A stretch of 64,000 nt of DNA from Macrostomum lignano. Its lineage: Eukaryota. A model generated the notes under the pieces. The model made no database searches, had not been told where the DNA came from, and saw nothing but the letters and a program-made list of their open reading frames with translations. Location of the stretch: assembly GCA_002269645.1 (NCBI GenBank), contig NIVC01002409.1, positions 62,001-126,000 of the forward strand, read 5' to 3'. Each line of letters opens with the position of its first letter. Position 1 is the first letter of the stretch. Of the stretch, positions 47,238-64,000 are shown in pieces. A program made the translations under genes and the position numbers.

Positions 47238-48773
47238 GGCATGCCTTCATCTCACTGTGCGCTTATCCCAGCATGCCTTCATCTCACTGTGCGCTTATCC
47301 CAGCATGCCTTCATCTCACTGTGCGCTTATCCCAGCATGCCTTCATCTCACTGTGCGCTTATCCCAGCATGCCATCATCTCACTGTGCGCTTATCCCAGC
47401 ATGCCTTCATCTCACTGTGCGCTTATCCCAGCATGCCTTCATCTCACTATGCGCTTATCCCAGCATGCCTTCATCTCACTGTGCGCTTATCCCAGCATGC
47501 CTTCATCTCACTGTGCGCTTATCCCAGCATGCCATCATCTCCCTGTGCGCTTATCTCAGCATGCCTTTATCTCACTGTGCGCTTATCCCAGCATGCCTTC
47601 ATCTCACTTTGCGCTTATCCCAGCATGCCTTCATCTCACTGTGCGCTTATCCCAGCATGCCTTCATCTCACTGTGCGCTTATCTCAGCATGCCTTTATCT
47701 CACTGTGCGCTTATCCCAGCATGCCTTCATCTCACTTTGCGCTTATCCCAGCATGCCTTCATCTCACTGTGCGCTTATCCCAGCATGCCTTCGTCTCACT
47801 TTGCGCTTATCCCAGCATGCCTTCATCTCACTGTGCGCTTATCCCAGCATGCCTTCATCTCACTTTGCGCTTATCCCAGCATGCCTTCATCTCACTGTGC
47901 GCTTATCCTAGCATGCCATCATCTCACTGTGCGCTTATCCCAGCATGCCTTCATCTCACTGTGCGCTTATCCCAGCATGCCTTCATCTCACTGTGCGCTT
48001 ATCCCAGCATGCCTTCATCTCACTGTGCGCTTATCCCAGCATGCCTTCATCTCTCTGTGCGCTTATCCCAGCATGCCTTCATCTCACTTTGCGCTTATCC
48101 CAGCATGCCTTCATCTCACTGTGCGCTTATCCCAGCATGCCATCATCTCCCTGTGCGCTTATCTCAGCATGCCTTTATCTCACTGTGCGCTTATCCCAGC
48201 ATGCCTTCATCTCACTTTGCGCTTATCCCAGCATGCCTTCATCTCACTGTGCGCTTATCCCAGCATGCCTTCGTCTCACTTTGCGCTTATCCCAGCATGC
48301 CTTCATCTCACTGTGCGCTTATCCCAGCATGCCTTCATCTCACTGTGCGCTTATCCTAGCATGCCATCATCTCACTGTGCGCTTATCCCAGCATGCCTTC
48401 ATCTCACTGTGCGCTTATCCCAGCATGCCTTCATCTCACTGTGCGCTTATCCCAGCATGCCTTCATCTCACTGTGCGCTTATCCCAGCATGCCTTCATCT
48501 CTCTGTGCGCTTATCCCAGCATGCCTTCATCTCACTGTGCGCTTATCCCAGCATGCCTAAATCTCACTGTGCGCTTATCCCAGCATGCCTTCATCTCACT
48601 GTGCGCTTATCCCAGCATGCCTTCATCTCACTGTGCGCTTATCCCAGCATGCCTTCATCTCACAGTGCGCTTATCCCAGCATGCCTTCATCTCACTGTGC
48701 GCTTATCCCAGCATGCCTTCATCTCACTGTGCGCTTATCCCAGCATGCCTTCATCTCACTGTGCGCTTATCCC
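47238..48773. repeat. 32-bp minisatellite (ATCTCACTGTGCGCTTATCCCAGCATGCCTTC), ~1.5 kb
   Basis: Read directly. Confidence 0.92.
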
Positions 48774-49291
48774 GCTTATTTGATGAGCTTTCTTTCTTGT
48801 TGCCAGGCCCTCCCTCAGCAAGGGGAGAGAGTTATTACTGCACTGAGATTACGGAGGCTGATAATTGAAGACTCTTCAGTGTCTCCCCCCCTTTTAGAAG
48901 AGGCCGACAAGCAAAAATCCGGAAACTCGCGGCTTTTCAATCAGCCGTCGGCCAGTCGGGGGGGGGGGGTTGGCGGCATCGGGGAAGATGACAGATCATC
49001 TCTGCGGTGGGGGGGGGGGGCGGCACAGCAGACACGCTGATTAGCGCTACGAGTGCGATATGAGAGAGTGAGAGCGGCTGCGAGGCAAGCAAAGAGGTGA
49101 GGCGAAGGGCCTGGCTCGGAGTTCTTATTAATTATTAGGCTGCTAATTGAGTCCCTCATGAGAACAGCGGGAAGCCCCCACTGCTGCCCGAGGGTCTCCA
49201 GGGCTCGGGAGGCAGCGAACTCTGGAGGGGGGGGGGTGAACTTAAGAAGTGAGGCCGGATTGACTCGGCCGCGATGACCTCTGACAGCACC

Positions 49292-50955
49292 GGTGTGGGG
49301 ATCTAGCTGATTGAGGGTGTGGGGATCTAGCTGATTGAGGGTGTGGGGATCTAGCTGATTGAGGGTGTGGGGATCGAGCTGACTGAGGGTGTGGGAATCG
49401 AGCTGACTGAGGGTGTGGGGATCGAGCTGGCTGAGGGTGTGGGAATCGAGCTGATTGAGGGTGTGGGGATCTAGCTGATTGAGGGTGTGGGGATCGAGCT
49501 GGCTGAGGGTGTGGGAATCGAGCTGACTGAGGGTGTGGGGATCGAGCTGGCTGAGGGTGTGGGGATCGAGCTGGCTGAGGGTGTAGGGATCGAGCTGGCT
49601 GAGGGTGTGGGGATCGAGCTGGCTGAGGGTGTGGGAATCGAGCTGACTGAGGGTGTGGGGATCGAGCTGGCTGAGGGTGTGGGAATCGAGCTGATTGAGG
49701 GTGTGGGGATCTAGCTGATTGAGGGTGTGGGGATCGAGCTGGCTGAGGGTGTGGGAATCGAGCTGGCTGAGGGTGTGGGGATCGAGCCGACTGAGGGTGT
49801 GGGGATCGAGCTGGCTGAGGGTGTGGGGATCGAGCTGGCTGAGGGTGTGGGGATCGAGCTGGCTGAGGGTGTGGGGATCGAGCTGGCTGAGGGTGTGGGG
49901 ATCGAGCTGGCTGAGGGTGTGGGAATCGAGCTGACTGAGGGTGTGGGGATCGAGCTGGCTGACGGTGTGGTGATCGAGCTGGCTGAGGGTGTGGGAATCG
50001 AGCTGGCTGAGGGTGTGGGGATCGAGCCGACTGAGGGTGTGGGAATCGAGCTGACTGAGGGTGTGGGGATCGAGCTGGCTGAGGGTGTGGGAATCGAGCT
50101 GATTGAGGGTGTGGGGATCTAGCTGATTGAGGGTGTGGGGATCGAGCTGGCTGAGGGTGTGGGAATCGAGCTGACTGAGGGTGTGGGGATCGAGCTGGCT
50201 GAGGGTGTGGGGATCGAGCTGGCTGAGGTGTAGGGATCGAGCTGGCTGAGGGTGTGGGGATCGAGCTGGCTGAGGGTGTGGGAATCGAGCTGACTGAGGG
50301 TGTGGGGATCGAGCTGGCTGAGGGTGTGGGAATCGAGCTGATTGAGGGTGTGGGGATCTAGCTGATTGAGGGTGTGGGGATCGAGCTGGCTGAGGGTGTG
50401 GAATCGAGCTGGCTGAGGGTGTGGGGATCGAGCCGACTGAGGGTGTGGGGATCGAGCTGGCTGAGGGTGTGGGGATCGAGCTGGCTGAGGGTGTGGGGAT
50501 CGAGCTGGCTGAGGGTGTGGGGATCGAGCTGGCTGAGGGTGTGGGGATCGAGCTGGCTGACGGTGTGGGAATCGAGCTGACTGAGGGTGTGGGGATCGAG
50601 CTGGCTGACGGTGTGGTGATCGAGCTGGCTGAGGGTGTGGGAATCGAGCTGGCTGAGGGTGTGGGGATCGAGCCGACTGAGGGTGTGGGGATCGAGCTGG
50701 CTGAGGGTGTGGGGATCGAGCTGGCTGAGGGTGTGGGGATCGAGCTGGCTGAGGGTGTGGGGATCGAGCTGGCTGAGGGTGTGGGGATCGAGCTGGCTGA
50801 GGGTGTGGGAATCGAGCTGGCTGACGGTGTGGGGATCGAGCTGGCTGACGGTGTAGGGATCGAGCTGGCTGAGGGTGTGGTGATCGAGCTGGCTGAGGGT
50901 GTGGGTATCGAGCTGGCTGAGGGTGTGGGGATCGAGCTGACTGAGGGTGTGGGGT
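49292..50955. repeat. 24-bp G-rich minisatellite (GAGGGTGTGGGGATCGAGCTGGCT)
   Basis: Read directly. Confidence 0.92.
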
Positions 50956-51895
50956 CTCAAGCGAGTCCCATCCCAGCCTCAAGCGAGTCCCATCCCAGCC
51001 TCAAGCGAGTCCCATCCCAGCCTCAAGCGAGTCCCATCCCAGCCTCAAGCGAGTCCCATCCCAGCCTCAAGCGAGTCCCATCCCAGCCTCAAGCGAGTCC
51101 CATCCCAGCCTCAAGCGAGTCCCATCCCAGCCTCAAGCGAGTCCCATCCCAGCCTCAAGCGAGTCCCATCCCAGTCTCAAGCGAGTCCCATCCCAGCCTC
51201 AAGCGAGTCCCATCCCAGCCTCAAGCGAGTCCCATCCCAGCCTCAAGCGAGTCCCATCCCAGCCTCAAGCGAGTCCCATCCCAGCCTCAAGCGAGTCCAA
51301 TCCCAGCCTCAAGCGAGTCCCATCCCAGCCTCAAGCGAGTCCCATCCCAGCCTCAAGCGAGTCCCATCCCAGCCTCAAGCGAGTCCCATCTCAGTCTCAA
51401 GCGAGTCCTATCCCAGCCTCAAGCGAGTCCAATCTCAGCCTCAAGCGAGTCCCATCCCAGCCTCAAGCGAGTCCTATCCCAGCCTCAAGCGAGTCCCATC
51501 CCAGCCTCAAGCGAGTCCCATCCCAGTCTCAAGCGAGTCACATCCCAGCCTCAAGCGAGTCCCATCCCAGTCTCAAGCGAGTCCCATCCCAGCCTCAAGC
51601 GAGTCCCATCCCAGTCTCAAGCGAGTCACATCCCAGCCTCAAGCGAGTCCCATCCCAGCCTCAAGCGAGTCCCATCCCAGTCTCAAGCGAGTCCCATCCC
51701 AGCCTCAAGCGAGTCCCATCCCAGCCTCAAGCGAGTCCCATCCCAGCCTCAAGCGAGTCCCATCCCAGTCTCAAGCGAGTCCCATTCCAGCCTCAAGCGA
51801 GTCCCATCCCAGTCTCAAGCGAGTCCCATCCCAGCCTCAAGCGAGTCCCATCCCAGCCTTAAGCGAGTCCCATCCCAGCCTCAAGCGAGTCCCAT
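50956..51895. repeat. 22-bp C-rich minisatellite (TCAAGCGAGTCCCATCCCAGCC) abutting the 24-bp array
   Basis: Read directly. Confidence 0.92.
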
Positions 51896-52433
51896 CTCTC
51901 ATTTTACCCCCAGAGCTGCGGCAGTTGACAAAGTTCCCCTTGCACTTCAGGCCAGGTTGATGAATAATTAATGAGCCAGACGGGTTTCCCGCCATTGATA
52001 TGTGGCGAAGCTTAAGGGCGATGCGATGCAAATTTAATGAGCCGCGATGGCCGGACCTTCTTTGGCAAAATTCCTTCACAGCCTCCCCCATCCGAGATGA
52101 AGCTCTGTCGCACTGAGAGGGGTCGCTGCAGTCGCCTGGGGAAAGTAAAAGCCGAGTAGGGGATTTCTGCGGAGAGCGCCTCGGGCCGTGCGTCATCGCA
52201 TGGATTCTCGTGCTAATCCCAACCCCCTGCGGCTCTGATCCCAACGATTTATGTCAATCCCAGGCAGGTATTTTTAGCGCCCCCTGCGAAATTATCCCAT
52301 AATGGGAGACTGGCTTGCTTCTGACAAATATTTAATAATGCCCAGGCACTGCGCACGTAATTGCGCGCGTTTTGGAGCTAAAAATTCGGGATAATGGAGG
52401 CGGGGATGACAGCTGGGCTGGCCTTTTTGGCAG

Positions 52434-52922
<489 letters not shown>

Positions 52923-53264
52923 CAGATATTCCAAAAGTCAGTTTTCGTTGCCTCATAGATGCCTCAAGGTCTCTTTTAGAAGGCAGGAATTCCCCAAGCT
53001 CAGCATTTCTCCTCCATCTGGAAGAACACCCCCACCATCCCCTACGTCCCCTCCGTCTGGAAGAATTTCCCGATCAATTATTCTCCCTCACGCATGTGAG
53101 AAGCCGGACCGCTACTTGCGTTTAAGTGGTCCATTTTATAGAAATTTAATAAGCAGAAAAAAGCAGCAGCAGCTACTATCAGTTAGTGAGTAGGTAGCTG
53201 CGGTTTCATAGTGAACTGTCGGTCACATAGGGTAGGGTAACAATACATATAGTGGATTTGCAAT

Positions 53265-55670
53265 CCATCTCACAGATTAGCAATCCATCTCATTGATTAG
53301 CAATCCATCTCACAGATTAGCAATCCATCTCACAGATTAGCAATCCAGGTCACAGATTAGCAATCCAGCTTACAGATTAGCAATCCATCTCACAGATTAG
53401 CAATCCAGCTTACAGATTAGCAATCCAGCTCACAGATTAGCAATCCATCTCACAGATTTGCAATCTAGCTCACAGATTAGCAATCCAGCTCACAGATTAG
53501 CAATCCAGCTCACAGATTAGCAATCCATCTCATAGATTAGCAATCCAGCTCACAGATTAGCAATCCATCTCATAGGTTAGCAATCCATCTCACAGATTAG
53601 CAATCCATCTCACAGATTAGCAATCCATCTCACAGATTAGCAATCCAGGTCACAGATTAGCAATCCAGCTTACAGATTAGCAATCCATCTCACAGATTAG
53701 CAATCCAGCTTACAGATTAGCAATCCAGCTCACAGATTAGCGATCCAGCTCACAGATTAACAATCCAGCTCACAGATTAGCAATCCATCTCACAGATTTG
53801 CAATCTAGCTCACAGATTAGCAATCCAGCTCACAGATTAGCAATCCAGCTCACAAATCAGCAATCCATCTCACAGATTAGCAATCCATCTCATAGATTAG
53901 CAATCCAGCTCACAGATTAGCAATCCATCTCATAGGTTAGCAATCCATCTCACAGATTAGCAATCTAGCTCACAGATTAGCAATCCATCTCACAGATTAG
54001 CAATCCATCTCACAGATTAGCAATCCATCTCACAGATTAGCAATCCAGCTCACAGATTAGCAATCCATCTCACAGATTAGCAATCCATCTTACAGATTAG
54101 CAATCCAGCTCACAGATTAGCAATCCATCTCACAGATTAGCGATCCATCTCACAGATTAGCAATCCATCTCACAGGTTAGCAATCCATCTCACAGATTAG
54201 CGATCCATCTCACAGATTAGCAATCCAGCTCACAGATTAGGGATCCAGCTCACAGATTAACAATCCAGCTCACAGATTAGCAATCCATCTTATAGATAAG
54301 CAATCCATCTTACAGATTAGCAATCCATCTCACAAATGAGCAATCCATCTCACAGGTTAGCAATCCATCTCACAGATTAGCAATCCATCTCATAGATTAG
54401 CAATCTAGCTCACAGATTAGCAATCCATCTCACAGATTAGCAATCCATCTCATAGATTAGCAATCCATCTCATAGGTTAGCAATCCATCTCACAGATTAG
54501 CAATCCAGCTCACAGATTAGCAATCCAGCTCACAGATTAACAATCCAGCTCACAGATTAGCAATCCATCTCACAGATTAGCAATCCATCTCACAGATTAG
54601 CAATCCATCTCACAGATTAGCAATCCATCTCATAGATAAGCAATCCATCTCACAGATTAGCAATCCATCTCATAGATTAGCAATCCATCTCACAGTTTAG
54701 CAATCCATCTCATAGATAAGCAATCCATCTCACAGATTAGCAATCCATCTCATAGATTAGCGATCCATCTCATAGATTAGCAATCCATCTCATAGATTAG
54801 CAATCCAGCTCACAGATTAGCGATCCATCTCACAGATTAGCAATCCATCTCATAGATTAGCAATCCATCTCACAGTTTAGCAATCCATCTCACAGATTAG
54901 CAATCCATCTTATAGATAAGCAATCCATCTCGTAGATTAGCAATCCAGCTCACAGATTAGCGATCCATCTCACAGATTAGCAATCCATCTCATAGATTAG
55001 CAATCCATCTCACAGATTAGCGATCCATCTCACAGATTAGCAATCCATCTCACAGATTAGCAATCCATCTCACAGATTAGCAATCCATCTCATAGATAAG
55101 CAATCCATCTCACAGATTAGCAATCCATCTCATAGATTAGCAATCCATCTCACAGTTTAGCAATCCATCTCATAGATAAGCAATCCATCTCACAGATTAG
55201 CAATCCATCTCATAGATTAGCGATCCATCTCATAGATTAGCAATCCATCTCATAGATTAGCAATCCAGCTCACAGATTAGCGATCCATCTCACAGATTAG
55301 CAATCCATCTCATAGATTAGCAATCCATCTCACAGTTTAGCAATCCATCTCACAGATTAGCAATCCATCTTATAGATAAGCAATCCATCTCGTAGATTAG
55401 CAATCCAGCTCACAGATTAGCGATCCATCTCATAGATTAGCAATCCATCTCATAGATTAGCAATCCAGCTCACAGATTAGCGATCCATCTCACAGATTAG
55501 CAATCCATCTCATAGATTAGCAATCCATCTCATAGTTTAGCAATCCATCTCATAGATTAGCAATCCATCTCACAGTTTAGCAATCAATCTCACAGATTAG
55601 CAATCGAGCTCACAGATTAGCAATCCATCTCACAGATTAGCAATCCATCTCACAGATTAGCAATCCATCT
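53265..55670. repeat. 20-bp satellite (CACAGATTAGCAATCCATCT), ~2.4 kb
   Basis: Read directly. Confidence 0.95.
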
Positions 55671-55972
55671 CCAAAGCCGCTAGCTGTGCGATAGCTGTCT
55701 TTATGCTCAAATCCACTCCGGAGAACTCTTCAAGAGCAGACAGGGTTTGAGCAGACGCTTGCTTGCACCCAGTGTTGACTGTGGGATTCTCTGCGTGCTT
55801 CCCCATCCATTTGGCCTCCCGGCTGTTGACTCAGACGGTGGGGAGGCCGCCGCCTGCCAAAACCGGTGGTGGGAAAAACTGGGCGTTTATGACGGGATGA
55901 GCCAAGGAGAATTTGAACCAGGATGTGGAGTGCCAGCTATTCCATTAATCAGAATTCAAATGGAATCCAATT

Positions 55973-56595
55973 ACACTGGCACAATGCCATTCCAGCTTGA
56001 GTTCACACTGCCATTCCAGCTTGAGTTCACAATGCCATTCCAGCTTGAGTTCACAATGCCATTCCAGCTTGAGTTCACAATGCCATTCCAGCTTGAGTTC
56101 ACAATGCCATTCCAGCTTGAGTTCACACTGCCATTCCAGCTTGAGTTCACACTGCCATTCCAGCTTGAGTTCACACTGCCACAATGTCATTCCAGCTTGA
56201 GTTCAAACTGCCATTCCAGCTTGAGTTCACACTGCCATTCCAGCTTGAGTTCACACTGCCACAATGTCATTCCAGCTTGAGTTCACACTGCCACAATGCC
56301 ATTCCAGCTTGAATTCACACTTCCACAATGTCATTCCAGCTTGAGTTCACACTGCCACAATGTCATTCCAGCTTGAGTTCACACTGCCACAATGTCACTC
56401 CAGCTTGAATTCACACTGCCACAATGTCACTCCAGCTTGAGTTCACGCTGCCACAATGTCACTCCAGCTTGAGTTCACACTGCCACAATGTCACTCCAGC
56501 TTGAATTCACACTGCCACAATGTCACTCCAGCTTGAGTTCACGCTGCCACAATGTCACTCCAGCTTGAGTTCACACTGCCACAATGTCACTCCAG
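55973..56595. repeat. 24-bp minisatellite grading into a 32-bp variant (..CCAGCTTGAGTTCACACTG..)
   Basis: Read directly. Confidence 0.9.
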
Positions 56596-57416
56596 TTTCC
56601 AATCTACCGGGTGCTGCTTTGAGAAATGCCTGGGTTGGGGAGAGCAGCTCTCCAGATCCCGCTTCGAAGACTCCTCGGATGAGCGCGGCGACTCATTTTA
56701 AAGTGGAGTCGCTGCCCGACCTGCCCACCTGCGCCTCATCTTGCTGGCGACAGAAATTCAACCTGCCTCTGTCTGGCTCTCTCTTCCACTCTCTCCCTCT
56801 CTCTCTCTCAGGTCTTCTGTTTGCCGGCTCATGCGCTGCTCGTGGCCATCAAATACAGCCGTCACCTACCTCTCTTTTCTCTCTCGGCTCTACGGTGCAT
56901 GCGTGAGTACTGAGCATGGTGAGCAGTGGGTGTACTCACGGCCCCCCTGCCCACTGAATCCCATTCTCCGTCCTGAGCCAGCTCAGCTCCCCCCCCCCGC
57001 ACGAACCCCGCCGCCCCGCCCCGGCAAGTACGATGGAGGACGGCGGGAAACACAGGCAGAGACCACAAGACAAACACCACCCCACCCCCCCATTCCTGTC
57101 CTCAGCCAACTCCGGAGAACAATCGCTTCAATAAGAAACTCAAAAAGCGAGTCTGCAGCTTCGACCCTCGCCCAGGCACCCCTCCAATATTATTCGGCTG
57201 TTCTTTGCATTCTCTATTGTCAACTCGTCTCTGCGGGTCTGAGCTCCCCCCGCGTCTCCCGCGTATTTCAGTTTATATTGTCTGCCGATAGTCTCGGCGA
57301 GAGTCAGGTCCAGTCGGCTCGACACTCAAGGAAGCAGAGTTTTTTATTATTCTTAAGAAGCGCAAGCTACGAAAGCAAATTGCCAAATTCTAGGAATGCG
57401 TCAGAGAAGCGCCACA

Positions 57417-62677
<5,261 letters not shown>

Positions 62678-63709
62678 ACCTGCCTCAAGAGACTGCATGG
62701 GCTTATGCGAGCTGCGGCATCAACAATTTACTGCGGGATTTTGATACCCTAATTGTTCGCTTTTGCTCGACAGCGGGGGTTGTTTTTATTTCGAAGCGCC
62801 ATGGAATTTGTTATAATCATGGCCCCAAGTTCATCGGCATGTCCGCCTGACCATCGCCCAGTGTACATGTTTGCCGCACATATATGAGTTCAGTGAACTC
62901 ATCCGATATTAACTATTGTATACCTGGCAACACGTATTATTGAAAATTTTAAAACACGTCTTTAACCAATCTCGTTCTACTGCGATTCGATTCTCCAATG
63001 CTGCTGTTTACGATAAATTTCCTATTATATATCCATTTTTGATTAACTGAAATTCGATAAATTTTATGTAGTAGATTCTTTCCGATAGATTCACGACAAA
63101 AGGTTGCGTCCTGCACTGCCACATGCGCGGTGCACTGGATTGACTGCTAATTAAGTTCAAGCAGGTGACTGTCTTCAAAGATAAGCGCTCTATCGATTTT
63201 GTACAAATTTCATTTTTAATTACTTTTTTATCTCAACGTTTCAATGGTCTAATCTGCTATCTAAGCTCGTATGCATGTACTTTTATCGGTGTATGTATTT
63301 TGGCACTAATTTAAATAGTGATTTTGTCGAATTTTCTTTCCTTTTAGATTTAGATCTAGTTGAAACTTTAACAAACATACTTTTAGCTTTTTGAAATTGA
63401 GAAAGCCAATCTAAGTTCAAATTTATTTAAAATTTCTCTCCTATTTTTAAAACAGGTGTTTTTGTTAATTGTACCTCGCCCGATTTTAACTAACACTGCT
63501 TATCCAGAATGAAATAAATATACTGTTCATGCCTCCCAGGTGGTTCAACTCAGCCGATGGCATTCTTAACGCCGCTGCATGAGCGCCTGTAAAGATCCAA
63601 CCAATTGAACTCCACATAATTACGGGTATTTGATAGTGTTCATTTACAAACCTTGCCATTTTTCTTCTAGGAGTCTGCATGAGAGTTTACTTAGCTGTCC
63701 ACGCACCAC

Positions 63710-64000
63710 CGTCCCCTCCCCTGCCATCCCTCACCATCCCCTTCCCTGCCATCCCTCACAATCCCCTCCCCTGCCATCCCTCACCATCCCCTTCCCTGCC
63801 ATCCCTCACAATCCCCTCCCCTGCCATCCCTCACCATCCCCTTCCCTGCCATCCCTCACTCACCATCCCCTCCCCTGCCATCCCTCACCATCCCCTTCCC
63901 TGCCATCCCTCACTCACCATCCCCTCCCCTGCCATCCCTCACCATCCCCTTCCCTGCCATCCCTCACCATCCCCTTCCCTGCCATCCCTCACTCACCATC
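63710..64000. repeat. 25-bp C-rich minisatellite running off the window end
   Basis: Unit CTGCCATCCCTCACCATCCCC(T/C)TCC. Confidence 0.9.

Overview
Eukaryotic (metazoan) genomic DNA with spliceosomal introns, GC-rich exons and very dense tandem repeats; the style resembles a free-living flatworm such as Macrostomum (inference only). Bases 1 to ~12.9 kb are a nest of mobile elements. A complete 8.4-kb EnSpm/CACTA (CMC) DNA transposon (145-8511; 34-bp TIRs, TTA target-site duplication) encodes a frameshifted DDE transposase, a HROB/DUF4539-like OB-fold protein and a coiled-coil + BEN-domain protein, and carries a twister ribozyme inside a predicted 5'-UTR intron of the transposase gene. It is inserted in the left arm of an unclassified long-TIR element (>600-bp arms) that carries a PC4-like ssDNA-binding ORF and two orphan ORFs. 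A 5'-truncated RTE LINE lies just beyond the paired part of that element's right arm. The rest holds five host genes: a secreted WSC+PAN protein, ornithine aminotransferase (5 exons), a CNNM metal transporter (5 exons), a CDK5 activator p35 homologue (1 exon) and a GPI-anchored fasciclin (FAS1) repeat protein (9 exons). Nearly every intron of the three longer multi-exon genes contains its own unrelated mini/microsatellite. There are also two MITEs and a possible solo LTR. No rRNA, tRNA or CRISPR array is supported. All family assignments are motif recognition by eye, not database searches.
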